This document shows positions 9,337-19,315 of a DNA stretch of 64,000 bases, in pieces (within the stretch, counting starts at the first letter, position 1; each line of letters opens with the position of its first letter). Where the stretch lies: NCBI GenBank assembly GCA_947089095.1, contig CAMUJB010000007.1, positions 43,787-107,786 on the forward strand, read 5' to 3'. Origin of the DNA: an uncultured Clostridia bacterium (lineage in GTDB: Bacteria > Bacillota > Clostridia > Lachnospirales > Lachnospiraceae). Below the pieces are notes generated by a model. That model saw only the letters and a program-made list of their open reading frames with translations, was not told where the DNA came from and made no database searches. A program made the translations under genes and the position numbers.

Positions 9337-9477
9337 AGCAGGCAGGAGAGAGGGAATCTTTGCAGGGGTATTGCTTCCCGCCGGCACTTAGGTGCTGTTC
9401 TTTAGCACCTTATGTGTCCGCTGCGAGGAAGCCTTAGTGCAAACGGCCCCAGCAAAGAATCCCTCTCTCCTGCCTGC
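9337..9477 (-). repeat. Fam-C hairpin repeat, copy b (inverted relative to copy a)
   Basis: Reverse complement of the Fam-C core, with its own complementary outer arms gcaggcaggagagaggg / ccctctctcctgcctgc. Confidence 0.75.
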
Positions 9478-9506
9478 GTCCTCCCCCCTCCTATTTATGT
9501 CCTTTC

Positions 9507-9974
9507 TCACACAATATCCTCCACCAAACAATCCATTACCCTTCGAAGCCCCTCCAGTCCCACTTCCACCTGGCATCCTATCTTCCCGGCACTAAAAAAA
9601 ATCGTCTCAAACTCCCGCACCGTACAATGCACAACAGTAGGAAAAACCTTCTTCATCCCAATAGGAGAACACCCTCCATGCACATATCCTGTAAGTGGCA
9701 AAAGCTCCTTTGCCTTTACCATCTCAATTGACTTTTCCCCTACTGCCGCAGCCGCTTTTTTTAAATTCAATTCCTGATCCACTGGAATGACAAACACATA
9801 ATTCTTTTTTGACTTTCCCACCGTAACCAGTGTCTTAAACACCCGCTTTGGATTCTGCCCCAGCAAAGCCGCTACCTCCACTCCACTAAGCGTCCCATCA
9901 CCTGTATAATAATAACTTTTATAATTCACCTTTTTTTGCTCCAATACCCGCATTACATTTGTCTTTTCTCCCAT
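9507..9974 (-). CDS. ybaK: Cys-tRNA(Pro)/Cys-tRNA(Cys) deacylase YbaK
   Basis: 155 aa; MRVLEQKKVNY..., GGCSPIG motif typical of YbaK/ProX editing domain. Confidence 0.8.
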   Translation of the reverse strand: MGEKTNVMRVLEQKKVNYKSYYYTGDGTLSGVEVAALLGQNPKRVFKTLVTVGKSKKNYVFVIPVDQELNLKKAAAAVGEKSIEMVKAKELLPLTGYVHGGCSPIGMKKVFPTVVHCTVREFETIFFSAGKIGCQVEVGLEGLRRVMDCLVEDIV

Positions 9975-10008
9975 ATGCTTTCTCCCTTTTTCTATTACTA
10001 TATTACAT

Positions 10009-11361
10009 TTATCGTGTTACATTTTGAAGCCAACGATACGTCCGATACCGCCAAGTGGTAATCGGTATCTTAATTACTTCATCACTCAGTAAAATTATAT
10101 AGACCAAAGGTACCGAAAAATCCAGAAAAAAAGCTCCGACCGCTCCAAACGCTATCGAAATTCCCCACATAATGGAAACATCCAAAATCAGCCCAAATAA
10201 GGTATCTCCTCCTCCTCGAAAGATTCCGACTACCAAAGTAGTATTATAAGACTGCCCTATTACAAAATAAGACATGACTAGCATCATAACTCCAAGATAA
10301 TATCGGGACTCTTCCGATAAAGTAAATGCTGTCATTACAATCGGTCGGGCAAGCAGCACAACGACAGCTCCGGCAATTCCGGTAATTATACTTAGCTTTC
10401 GAAACCGCTTTCCATATTCTTTTGCTGTTTCTAATTTTCCCTCTCCTATCGCTTTTCCAATTAAAATCGCTGTAGTAGAAGAAACTCCAAATGCTACTAC
10501 TGTAGCAAGCTGCCGAACGACCTGTGCTACCGAATTTGCCGCTACAGCCGAGCTTCCCATATGTCCTAATATTGCTGCAATAGTAGAAACTCCTGCTCCC
10601 CACATCAGTTCATTAAAAATAACTGGTATGGAATACTTGACAAAATCTCGAAATAACAGAGAATCCCTTCGAAATAAAAAGGAAAAACGAAATGCCAATA
10701 CCTCGTTTTTTTTCCAATTATAAAAAATTACTACTACAAGTTCTGCTATTCGAGCCAGCAGTGTTCCTATTGCTGCACCTGCAACTCCCATTTTAGGAAA
10801 AGAACCCAGTCCAAATATAAAAAAACTGTTTCCAACAATGTTCGTTATCATAGAGATTAGATAAGTAACAGTTGCAATTGCTACCCGTTCCATTCCACGC
10901 ATGGTATTTAAATAGACCATAGTAATGGCAGAGACTGTATAAGAAAGTGCAACAATTCGAAGGTAACGTACTCCCTGTAAGATCACTTCTGCATCATCTG
11001 TAAAAATCATCATGATTCTTTTAGGCATACATTCGGTTATAACAGCAAAAAAGATTCCGACAAGTGCAGCAGTTTTCATTGCCATTCCAAATACAGCAGC
11101 AATCGAATCTTTATCCCCTTTTCCCCAATACTGAGCAATTAAAACCGAAGCCCCGGAAGTCAGCCCAAATAAAATCAGGCTCATAATAAACTGAACCTGA
11201 CTTCCTAAAGACGCTCCAGAAAGTACTTTTTCCCCGACTCGTCCAAGCATAATGACATCTACGGAAGAAATTCCGACATTAATCAGATTTTGAAGTGCCA
11301 TAGGAATAAGAAGGGTCAGCACTGCCCGATAAAATTGTTTCTTTTCCGTCTGTTCTGTCAT
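10009..11361 (-). CDS. MATE-family efflux transporter
   Basis: 450 aa, 12 predicted TM, N-terminus YRAVLTLLIPMALQNLINVGISSVDVIMLGRVGE typical of MatE. Confidence 0.85.
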   Translation of the reverse strand: MTEQTEKKQFYRAVLTLLIPMALQNLINVGISSVDVIMLGRVGEKVLSGASLGSQVQFIMSLILFGLTSGASVLIAQYWGKGDKDSIAAVFGMAMKTAALVGIFFAVITECMPKRIMMIFTDDAEVILQGVRYLRIVALSYTVSAITMVYLNTMRGMERVAIATVTYLISMITNIVGNSFFIFGLGSFPKMGVAGAAIGTLLARIAELVVVIFYNWKKNEVLAFRFSFLFRRDSLLFRDFVKYSIPVIFNELMWGAGVSTIAAILGHMGSSAVAANSVAQVVRQLATVVAFGVSSTTAILIGKAIGEGKLETAKEYGKRFRKLSIITGIAGAVVVLLARPIVMTAFTLSEESRYYLGVMMLVMSYFVIGQSYNTTLVVGIFRGGGDTLFGLILDVSIMWGISIAFGAVGAFFLDFSVPLVYIILLSDEVIKIPITTWRYRTYRWLQNVTR

Positions 11362-11411
11362 GTTTTTCTGTTTCCTTTCTAATACTTTTTACATTTCATA
11401 AATTAGATTTT

Positions 11412-11532
11412 AGTCAAATCGGATATTCGCAATCCGCTTTGCTACTTGCTCATAACCTCATCAAGGAAGTCCCAACCCACCGCTTTCGCCTTGGCGGCTT
11501 AGAAGCGGGGAACTTCCTTGATAAGGTTAAAA
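11412..11532 (+). repeat. Fam-B hairpin repeat, standard form; its terminal ggttaaaag supplies the TAA stop of the DUF445 gene
   Basis: Sequence identity to the other Fam-B copies. CDS 11527..12429 stop codon (rc of tta at 11527-11529) lies inside the element end. Confidence 0.75.
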
Positions 11533-12429
11533 GCATAGATTGATACATCCGATAATTAGTCCAATTAAAGCCCCCAAATTGATAATGGAATGAAGCTCCT
11601 TTTCCATAACGGAAAGGGTCAGTTTTTCAATCTCTTTTACATCCATAGTACGAATTTTTTCCTCGACAATCTGACTAATCGGAATATATTCCATTATAGT
11701 GCCAAAATAGTCTGTAATAATCCGCCGATAGAGAGATAACATCAGCTGTTCTAAATTTTCTTCTGTAACAGGCAGACCTTCCACTGTTTCGGCAATGGTT
11801 TTATCTGCAAAGCGATAGACTTCTTCTTTTGTTTTTTCCTCTATTAATGCTTTGCCATGTTCTTCTAGATATTGATTGAGTTCTTTTCTTATCATCTGTT
11901 CCATTCCGGCAATCATCTTATCATTTAACATCATAGCAAGTAAGGTGCCCTGTGTTTTCTGCCGAATTACTTCTGCTACCTTTTCTCCTACAATACTTCC
12001 AAAGTCCATCTCCGTTACTTTGTGATAGAGAAGCTCTCCTACGGTTTCTATCGTTTTTGTCAAAAACTGATCTACGGTTTCTTCTGAAGTCTGTTTTTCG
12101 GCAAATTCTTTTATTGTATTCTGATTGGTAATTCCTTTTTGATAAAAAACCGAAATTTGATTTTTTACTGTTTCCTGCATCTGCTCTGATAATAAAAGCT
12201 GCTCAAAATCTTTCTTTGTCAATAATACTTCTCCTACTGCTTCTCCCACTGCTTTTGCCAGCCGTTCCCTTCCTTTTGGAATAATTCCGGGAGTAAAGGG
12301 AAGCTGCCACTTTCCAAGATAGACTGGATACAACGGTCGAAACAGCATCTTTACTGCAATATAATTGGTAAAATATCCAATTGCAGCCCCTACCACAGGT
12401 CCTGCAAGCATTGTAATATCAAAAGCCAT
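11527..12429 (-). CDS. DUF445-family membrane-associated protein
   Basis: N-terminus MAFDITMLAGPVVGAAIGYFTNYIAVKMLFRP matches the DUF445/YheB-type family. Confidence 0.6.
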   Translation of the reverse strand: MAFDITMLAGPVVGAAIGYFTNYIAVKMLFRPLYPVYLGKWQLPFTPGIIPKGRERLAKAVGEAVGEVLLTKKDFEQLLLSEQMQETVKNQISVFYQKGITNQNTIKEFAEKQTSEETVDQFLTKTIETVGELLYHKVTEMDFGSIVGEKVAEVIRQKTQGTLLAMMLNDKMIAGMEQMIRKELNQYLEEHGKALIEEKTKEEVYRFADKTIAETVEGLPVTEENLEQLMLSLYRRIITDYFGTIMEYIPISQIVEEKIRTMDVKEIEKLTLSVMEKELHSIINLGALIGLIIGCINLCF

Positions 12430-12451
12430 TGCTGATTCTCCTCTTTTGCCC

Positions 12452-13717
12452 CTATTTTTCTTTCATTAATTCTTCTAGTGCAGTGATCTGTTCGGTTCCT
12501 TCCTGAATATCTGTACAGGTCACTTTCTGCCGATTTTCAATATAATAAACCTGAGCCATCTTTTCCCGCTTTGCATAGGCAATATAATCGGAAATCGTAT
12601 AGCGGGTACGTCTTCTAGTCTGTTCTACCAGCTTGCCCTGTTTTCGAAAATATTCGGAAAGCACAATTCCTGCCTGCCGCTCCTGATGTTCAAATACTAC
12701 CAGACAATCGACCAATACCGTATCAATCGTAATCTTTTGTCTGGTTAAAGCTAACATCAGCTGATCGACATGAATAGCAAATCCAATTGCTGCCGATTCT
12801 TTCCCAAACTGCTGCAGTAAGGAATTATAACGTCCCCCAGTTACCACTGCTTCTCCGGTTCCATAGGTATACCCTCGAAAGATAATTCCTGTATAATATT
12901 TATAATGTCCCAACATCCCCAGTTCAAAAGAAACATACTGTTCTAATCCATAATATTCCAAAATCCGATAGATTTTTTCCAAGCGAAGAATCGCCGCCAT
13001 AGAAGTTGGATTTGCTGTTAGTTTTCTTGCTTCTTTTAGACAGTCCGCCGTTCCGAAAAGATTGGACAATTCTAAAAAGGTGGTTCTGATTTTTTCCTCT
13101 ATTCCTTTTTGCAGCAGCATCTCTTCCATTCCAAAATAATTTTTATTTTCTATATATTCTCGAAGTGCGGTTTCCGTTTCCTCGTCCAGTCCGGCTTCTT
13201 CTAAAAGTCCGTTAAAAAATCCCACTTCTCCTAATTCCACCTGAAACTCGGTCAATCCTGCCGCCAGCATACATTTAATAACAATAGCGATCATCTCGCC
13301 TGCTGCATCGGTTGTCTCATCTCCGATCAGCTCACAGCCCATCTGTGTCGTTTCTTTTAACCGCCCTTGGTAGCTGTGATTATTAATATAGGTATTTCCG
13401 GTATAACAGAAACGAAGCGGCATATCCTCTGTCATAAAATATTTGCTTGCACAGCGGGCAATAGAAGGGGTTAAATCTGGACGAAGTACCAGAGTATTGC
13501 CCTCCCGATCAATAAATTTAAACATTTCATTGGAAACCACACTGCCCCGCTCTTTATTAAAAATATCAAAAAATTCAAAGGTTGGTGTCTGTATATCCTG
13601 ATATCCATGAGAACGAATCACTTGATGCAGACGTTTCTCTAATTCTAATTTTACTGCACATTCATGATTATAGATATCTCTGACTCCCTCAGGAGTATGT
13701 AATAGCTGATTTTTCAT
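12452..13717 (-). CDS. HisZ-like class-II aaRS paralogue (ATP phosphoribosyltransferase regulatory subunit-like), no hisG adjacent
   Basis: PEGVRD N-terminus and LRPDLTPSIAR motif resemble HisZ rather than catalytic HisS. 421 aa. Confidence 0.55.
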   Translation of the reverse strand: MKNQLLHTPEGVRDIYNHECAVKLELEKRLHQVIRSHGYQDIQTPTFEFFDIFNKERGSVVSNEMFKFIDREGNTLVLRPDLTPSIARCASKYFMTEDMPLRFCYTGNTYINNHSYQGRLKETTQMGCELIGDETTDAAGEMIAIVIKCMLAAGLTEFQVELGEVGFFNGLLEEAGLDEETETALREYIENKNYFGMEEMLLQKGIEEKIRTTFLELSNLFGTADCLKEARKLTANPTSMAAILRLEKIYRILEYYGLEQYVSFELGMLGHYKYYTGIIFRGYTYGTGEAVVTGGRYNSLLQQFGKESAAIGFAIHVDQLMLALTRQKITIDTVLVDCLVVFEHQERQAGIVLSEYFRKQGKLVEQTRRRTRYTISDYIAYAKREKMAQVYYIENRQKVTCTDIQEGTEQITALEELMKEK

Positions 13718-14277
13718 AATTTCTCCCTCTTTTTGTCTGTCTGATTTTCTCGACTGTTCAGATCTTTTTGCAGCATTGCCAGATAGTGAATCGGAACATT
13801 GCTTCTATGACCGATACGATAGGTTTTGTCGATCTCCTGATAGGTAAAGCTTTTCCTTCCTCCGGCTTTCATCCGAAGCCAAAACCGTTCCATATCCGCA
13901 AACGGCATATAATAACATTCCTCGACTGCGGTATAGTAAATCACCAAAAAAGCGATTCCCTCCTGCCGCTCAAATTCTCTCATAAAAGCAACCTGATGTT
14001 CATGCAGATTAGCAAGTGGAAACGTTTCCTTTGCACACTCCTTTGCATCAAAACAAATCGGAATTCCCTGTACTGCTCCAATATAATCTACGGTACTTTT
14101 CTGGTCAAAATAAGCCAACGTAATATGGCGGGTTTGTTTGTCAATGGTAATCGGTTTAATCGGAGTCGGAATCTTTTGAATTAAAGCTAACCCCTCCTCT
14201 AAATATACTTCATTGCTGTAGTTAATCAATTCCTCTAAAGAAGATCCTCTCAATCCTCTAGAATTCCAGGTTGCCAT
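13714..14277 (-). CDS. recU: Holliday-junction resolvase RecU
   Basis: 187 aa. IDYIGAVQGIPICFDAKE...LHEHQVAFMREFERQEGIAFLVIYY matches RecU catalytic core. Confidence 0.85.
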   Translation of the reverse strand: MATWNSRGLRGSSLEELINYSNEVYLEEGLALIQKIPTPIKPITIDKQTRHITLAYFDQKSTVDYIGAVQGIPICFDAKECAKETFPLANLHEHQVAFMREFERQEGIAFLVIYYTAVEECYYMPFADMERFWLRMKAGGRKSFTYQEIDKTYRIGHRSNVPIHYLAMLQKDLNSRENQTDKKREKL

Positions 14278-15272
14278 AAAAGCTGTTCTCCTTTTATAAA
14301 CTCTGCAAATCGTCTTGGATAAGGAGCCGTAAACTTCTTTTTTGAGAGATACGACAGCTCTCCGGCGATATCCGGCATTTCCAATCGATAGGCATGAAGA
14401 AGCTGGCTTCGAATCGAATAGCGTTCCTGATAAAAACGATTGATCTGCTGTTCGCCATACTTTGTATCTCCTATAATCGGATGTCCAATAGAAGCCAAGT
14501 GTGCCCGAATCTGATGAGAACGCCCTGTCACCAGCTTTACTTCTAAAAGACTGACTTTTTGATTCGATGCCAGCGGTCGATACTGCGTCTCAATCGGGAC
14601 CATATCTTCCCTTTCGAAGGCAGAAGCAGTCTCTTTTAAAGTAACAATATTACTTTCTTTTTCTTTCTTTAGATATCCCCGTATCACACATGCCTCTTTT
14701 ACTTCTCCTGCTGCAATACAAAGATAATATTTGCCGAGTTCTCTTGATTTTAATAGTTCTGCCATAGTCTGAAGCCCCAGCAGAGATTTTCCTGCAATTA
14801 AAATTCCGCTGGTATTTCGATCCAAACGATTACAGACAGAAGGAGAAAATCCTCTTAAATCCTCTTCTGTAAAAGAACCATTTGTCAGCAGATAAGCACG
14901 AAGCTGTTCTACCGCAGAAATATCTCCTTCCTTTGCCTTCTGTGATAACATCCCCACCGGCTTATTGATTAAAATAATATGGGCATCCTCATAGATAACC
15001 GACAGATTATTTTTTATTTGTTTTAGCTGCCGGATCGGTTTTTTTTCTGTAAAATTTGCGATCGTCTCATCGGAAAGAAATAACTGCACGGTATCTCCGG
15101 TCTCTAACTTTTTAGACCCTTCTGCCTTTTTTCCATTTACGGTAATATTTTTCTTTCGAAGCATTTTATAAAAAAAACTTTTCGGTGCCAAATTTAGATA
15201 TTTTGCCAGCATCTTATCCAGCCGCTGCCCAGCATCATTTTGCTTTACCACAATTTCCTGCATCCCGCACAC
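14250..15272 (-). CDS. RluA-family 23S rRNA pseudouridine synthase (S4 + catalytic domain)
   Basis: S4-like RLDKMLAKYL N-terminus. HRLDRNTSGILIAGKS catalytic Asp motif. Confidence 0.8.
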   Translation of the reverse strand: MCGMQEIVVKQNDAGQRLDKMLAKYLNLAPKSFFYKMLRKKNITVNGKKAEGSKKLETGDTVQLFLSDETIANFTEKKPIRQLKQIKNNLSVIYEDAHIILINKPVGMLSQKAKEGDISAVEQLRAYLLTNGSFTEEDLRGFSPSVCNRLDRNTSGILIAGKSLLGLQTMAELLKSRELGKYYLCIAAGEVKEACVIRGYLKKEKESNIVTLKETASAFEREDMVPIETQYRPLASNQKVSLLEVKLVTGRSHQIRAHLASIGHPIIGDTKYGEQQINRFYQERYSIRSQLLHAYRLEMPDIAGELSYLSKKKFTAPYPRRFAEFIKGEQLLWQPGILED

Positions 15273-15276
15273 TCCC

Positions 15277-15909
15277 TTACATAATTAAAGTAAGCAGAAT
15301 TTCTGCAATTCTCTGATCCTTCTTCTGCTGCTTTTCCTCTGTTTCTATCTGCCGCATCGTATCTAACCGATTGAAAAATACTTTTTTATCCTTAAAAATT
15401 TTTACTGTGGCTTTCTGACCATTTGTCATTAAATTTTGGGTTAAAAATGTCTCGGCATAGGCAGTATCATATTTTTCCGCCTCTGTATAACCGCAAACAC
15501 TGCTGTTATGAACCGCTACAAATAAAGTAGGAAGGGTCTTTTCTCCTGTTGTAATCACCAAATCCGTTAAAATCCGAACCTGTTTCGCATGCTCTAAGAC
15601 ACTTTGATATTGTTCAGATGAAGCGGACGGATAGGGTAAAAGAGCAAGAAAAGAAGCCGCAAACTTAGCAGTAGGAAGAGCACTTAAAATTGCCATAACC
15701 GTAAAAATATTATTTCTGGTTTTGGTGGTCAGATAACCGGTGAAAAAAAACACTGCTACCATACAAAGACATAAAGCAGTCGCTGTCCCAAGCCGCTTTT
15801 TCCGCATAGTTAGATAACCGTATTCCCCTTTTGCAATTTTCTTCTTTTCTTTTTTTCTTGTATTTTCCATTTTTTCTTTTCCTTTATCTAAAGAAACCGC
15901 AGCAGCCAA
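15277..15909 (-). CDS. Hypothetical membrane protein
   Basis: ORF with Lys-rich N-terminus and two hydrophobic segments. No recognisable family. Confidence 0.4.
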   Translation of the reverse strand: MAAAVSLDKGKEKMENTRKKEKKKIAKGEYGYLTMRKKRLGTATALCLCMVAVFFFTGYLTTKTRNNIFTVMAILSALPTAKFAASFLALLPYPSASSEQYQSVLEHAKQVRILTDLVITTGEKTLPTLFVAVHNSSVCGYTEAEKYDTAYAETFLTQNLMTNGQKATVKIFKDKKVFFNRLDTMRQIETEEKQQKKDQRIAEILLTLIM

Positions 15910-16646
15910 GAATGAGGCAGCAGCTTACAAAGCCAGTAAAATCCGTTCATGGTTCCTCCATAAACCGATACACTTCGCCGTCTTAAAGAATCCCGAAACG
16001 CCTTTTTGACTACTTTAACTGGATTGGCAAGAAACAGTTTCTTATAGAGAGCCACTTCTCCAGTCTCCTCAGCAATCCCAAAAAACTCCGTCCGCACAGG
16101 TCCGGGACAGACTGCCGTTACCGTAATTCCACGCCCCTTTAATTCCTCATTTAAAGCCCGAGAAAAACTCAGCACATAGGACTTTGTAGCAGCATAGACA
16201 GCAAACCGAGGCTGAGGCAGAAACGCTGCCGCAGAAGCAAGCTGAATGATTCGGGAATTTTCCGCCATATAGGGAAGCATTAGATTTGTCATGGCTGTAA
16301 GTGCCCGGCAGTTTACATCAATCATTCCCACTGCTTCTTTAACAGGCACTTCCTCACAGTCCCCAATCTTTCCAAATCCCGCACAATTTACCAGCATTTT
16401 TACCCGAGGCTGCTTCTCCTCTAAGATCTGCTCTAACTTCTCTATCCAATCGTCTTTTTCTAAATCCCATACAAAAGATACCAATGGAATCGTTCCCTCT
16501 TTTGCTAATTCTTCCAGTCGATCCTTCCGTCTTGCCACTACCCAGATCTCATCTACCGATTTTAACTTTTGATCGATCAATCGTACAAACTCTCTTCCCA
16601 ATCCAGAAGAAGCCCCGGTAACAACTGCAATCTTCTTTCTTTCCAT
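15888..16646 (-). CDS. SDR-family short-chain dehydrogenase/reductase
   Basis: TGASSGLG NAD(P)-binding motif near N-terminus. 252 aa. Confidence 0.8.
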   Translation of the reverse strand: MERKKIAVVTGASSGLGREFVRLIDQKLKSVDEIWVVARRKDRLEELAKEGTIPLVSFVWDLEKDDWIEKLEQILEEKQPRVKMLVNCAGFGKIGDCEEVPVKEAVGMIDVNCRALTAMTNLMLPYMAENSRIIQLASAAAFLPQPRFAVYAATKSYVLSFSRALNEELKGRGITVTAVCPGPVRTEFFGIAEETGEVALYKKLFLANPVKVVKKAFRDSLRRRSVSVYGGTMNGFYWLCKLLPHSWLLRFL

Positions 16647-16657
16647 TCTGTCAACCT

Positions 16658-18643
16658 CTATTTTCCTTTATTTTTATAATATCCTTTTTGATTTCTTTTA
16701 TCTGCTTTATCTGTTTGATTTCTTTTGTCTGCCTTTTGACTAATACCCGTCATTCGTTTAGCTGATTTCTTTTTTCCTCTCTTCTGTTCCTCTTCTCTTT
16801 TTTTCGCCCGTGCCTTTTGCATCCGTATCGCTGCTTCCCTTGGACGAATCAGGCATTTTTTATCAAATCCCACCAAATCCATCCGTCCTGCCTTTTTTAA
16901 CGCCTCCAAAACCAGCTCATAATTTGCCGGATTCCGATACTGAATCAAAGCCCGCTGCATTGCCTTTTCATGCGGATTCACTGGAACATACACCTTCTCC
17001 ATTGTACGGGGATCCAACCCAGTATAATACATAGCAGTCGATATTGTAGAAGGAGTCGGATAAAAATCCTGTACCTGCTCCGGCATATACCCCAAATCTC
17101 TTAGATACTCCGCCAATATAACCGCTTCTTTTAAAGTAGAACCCGGATGGGAAGACATTAGATAGGGAACCAAATACTGCTTCATTCCAAGCTGTTCATT
17201 CATCTTTCTATATTTTTCCGCAAATTTTTGATAAACTATATTTTTAGGTTTTCCCATCCTCTGCAGCACGGGATCGGCTACATGTTCTGGTGCGACTTTT
17301 AGCTGTCCGCTAATATGATATTGACAGAGTTCCTTTAAAAATTGATCGTTTGCATCTGCCATTACATAATCAAAACGAATTCCAGAACGAATAAAAACCT
17401 TTTTTACCCCAGGAAGTGCCCGAAGTTCTCTTAACAATTTTAAATAGTCCTGATGATCTACCATTAAATTTTTACAAGGCGTAGGAAATAAACACTGCTT
17501 CTTTGTACAGACCCCTTTCGTCAATTGTTTTTCACAGGAAGGATGCCGAAAATTTGCTGTCGGTCCTCCCACATCATGCAGATATCCCTTAAACTCCTTA
17601 TCCTGAATCAAACGTTTTGCTTCCTCTACAATTGAAGAATGACTTCTGGTCTGAACGATTCTGCCCTGGTGAAACGTCAGGGCACAAAAACTGCATCCGC
17701 CAAAACACCCCCGGTTGCTGACCAAACTAAACTTTACCTCCGCTATAGCAGGAACACCGCCTTCCTTCTGATACATCGGATGACAGTCTCTCTGATAAGG
17801 CAGGGCATAAATATCATCCATTTCCTGCATCGTAAGGGGTTTAGAAGGCGGATTCTGTACAACATACAGATGCTCTCCATAGGGCTCTACTAACCGCTTG
17901 CCGGAAAACGGATCGGTATTACAATACTGTGTGTAAAAACTTTTCGCATACTGTGTCTTATCCAACTTTATCTCCGAAAAAGAAGGCAGCACTTCTGCAT
18001 CATATACACTTTCTAAGCTCTTCGTCTTATAAACGGTTCCGTCAATAAACGTAATCTCTGAAACAGGTATCCCGCTCTGCAGTGCCTCCGCCAATTCCAC
18101 CACTGCATGTTCTCCCATCCCATACATTAAAATATCCGCCTGCGAATCCAATAAAATCGAACGCTTTACCCGATCCGACCAATAGTCATAATGCCCAAGC
18201 CTCCGAAGGGAAGCCTCAATCCCTCCTATCAAAATCGGCACATCCTTATAGACCTGCCGAATTAAATTCCCATACACAACCGTAGCATAATCGGGACGTT
18301 TCCCAATAACTCCGCCCGGAGTATAGGCATCTGTCTGTCTGCGTTTTTTTGACACGCTATAGTGATTTACCATAGAATCCATATTTCCGCCAGTTACCAA
18401 AAATCCAAGCCGAGGTCTTCCAAAAACAGTGATACTCTCTTTCTTCTTCCAGTCCGGCTGCGGCAATATTCCAACCCGAAATCCATGTGCCTCCAAAACC
18501 CGACTGATAATTGCATGTCCAAAAGAAGGGTGATCCACATAGGCATCTCCAATTACATAGACAAAATCCACCCATTCCCATCCCAACTGCACACAATCTT
18601 CCCAACATACGGGAAGATACTTCTTTTCCATTCCCATCCGCAT
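16658..18643 (-). CDS. YgiQ-family radical SAM protein (UPF0313)
   Basis: 661 aa. Radical-SAM cluster motif CFGGCSFC. YgiQ-type N-terminal domain and Lys/Arg-rich tail. Confidence 0.8.
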   Translation of the reverse strand: MRMGMEKKYLPVCWEDCVQLGWEWVDFVYVIGDAYVDHPSFGHAIISRVLEAHGFRVGILPQPDWKKKESITVFGRPRLGFLVTGGNMDSMVNHYSVSKKRRQTDAYTPGGVIGKRPDYATVVYGNLIRQVYKDVPILIGGIEASLRRLGHYDYWSDRVKRSILLDSQADILMYGMGEHAVVELAEALQSGIPVSEITFIDGTVYKTKSLESVYDAEVLPSFSEIKLDKTQYAKSFYTQYCNTDPFSGKRLVEPYGEHLYVVQNPPSKPLTMQEMDDIYALPYQRDCHPMYQKEGGVPAIAEVKFSLVSNRGCFGGCSFCALTFHQGRIVQTRSHSSIVEEAKRLIQDKEFKGYLHDVGGPTANFRHPSCEKQLTKGVCTKKQCLFPTPCKNLMVDHQDYLKLLRELRALPGVKKVFIRSGIRFDYVMADANDQFLKELCQYHISGQLKVAPEHVADPVLQRMGKPKNIVYQKFAEKYRKMNEQLGMKQYLVPYLMSSHPGSTLKEAVILAEYLRDLGYMPEQVQDFYPTPSTISTAMYYTGLDPRTMEKVYVPVNPHEKAMQRALIQYRNPANYELVLEALKKAGRMDLVGFDKKCLIRPREAAIRMQKARAKKREEEQKRGKKKSAKRMTGISQKADKRNQTDKADKRNQKGYYKNKGK

Positions 18644-18655
18644 CCTCTCCTACTG

Positions 18656-19309
18656 TCACGCAAATGTAAGTTCATTATAATCCTTTATATAATAATCAGC
18701 AAGTCTTTGTTTCTCTCCCGTCAAATCAGCCGAATACGGATCTTCTATTGCATACACCGTCATCCCTGCACGCTTTCCGGCAAGAATCCCCTGCGGCACA
18801 TCTTCAAACACCAGACACTCCTCCGGCTTTACTCCCACCAGCTTCGCTGCAGTCAGATAGACATCCGGTGCAGGTTTTCCGTTCTTTACTTCACATCCTG
18901 TTACCACCGCATCAAACCAATCCAAAATTCGATGTGCACGCAAAACCGTTTCCGCCAGCTCCCTCGAATTACTGGTAGCAATAGCCAGACGAATTCCCCG
19001 TTCCTTTAACCGCTTTAAAAACTCATAAGCCCCAGCCTTTAAAGGCACCTCAAAAGCATACTTATCATGTGCCATCTCATTCCAAGCCGCCTTCATTGCC
19101 TCCACCTCTTCTGGTATCTGAAACCGCTTCTTCATATAAACAGCCGTTTCCGTAAAACTCATCCCTTCAATACACTGTGCCAAATCTTCCGGCAATTCAA
19201 TCTGATAACGTCCCAAATATTCTATATCAATCGCCTTCCACATCCACATAGAATCCACCAACGTTCCGTCCAAATCAAATAGTGCCGCCTTTATCCTACT
19301 GTCAATCAT
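18656..19309 (-). CDS. HAD-IA family hydrolase (beta-phosphoglucomutase-like)
   Basis: Motif I FDLDGTLVDS at N-terminus. 217 aa. Confidence 0.75.
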   Translation of the reverse strand: MIDSRIKAALFDLDGTLVDSMWMWKAIDIEYLGRYQIELPEDLAQCIEGMSFTETAVYMKKRFQIPEEVEAMKAAWNEMAHDKYAFEVPLKAGAYEFLKRLKERGIRLAIATSNSRELAETVLRAHRILDWFDAVVTGCEVKNGKPAPDVYLTAAKLVGVKPEECLVFEDVPQGILAGKRAGMTVYAIEDPYSADLTGEKQRLADYYIKDYNELTFA

Positions 19310-19315
19310 TCCTCT

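Noticed and set aside
8471-9477. Integron gene cassette (attC-like palindromes flanking GNAT)
   Set aside because: The Fam-C hairpins lack the attC R''/L''/L'/R' GTTRRRY core organisation and there is no intI. They are better described as MITE-like inverted repeats.
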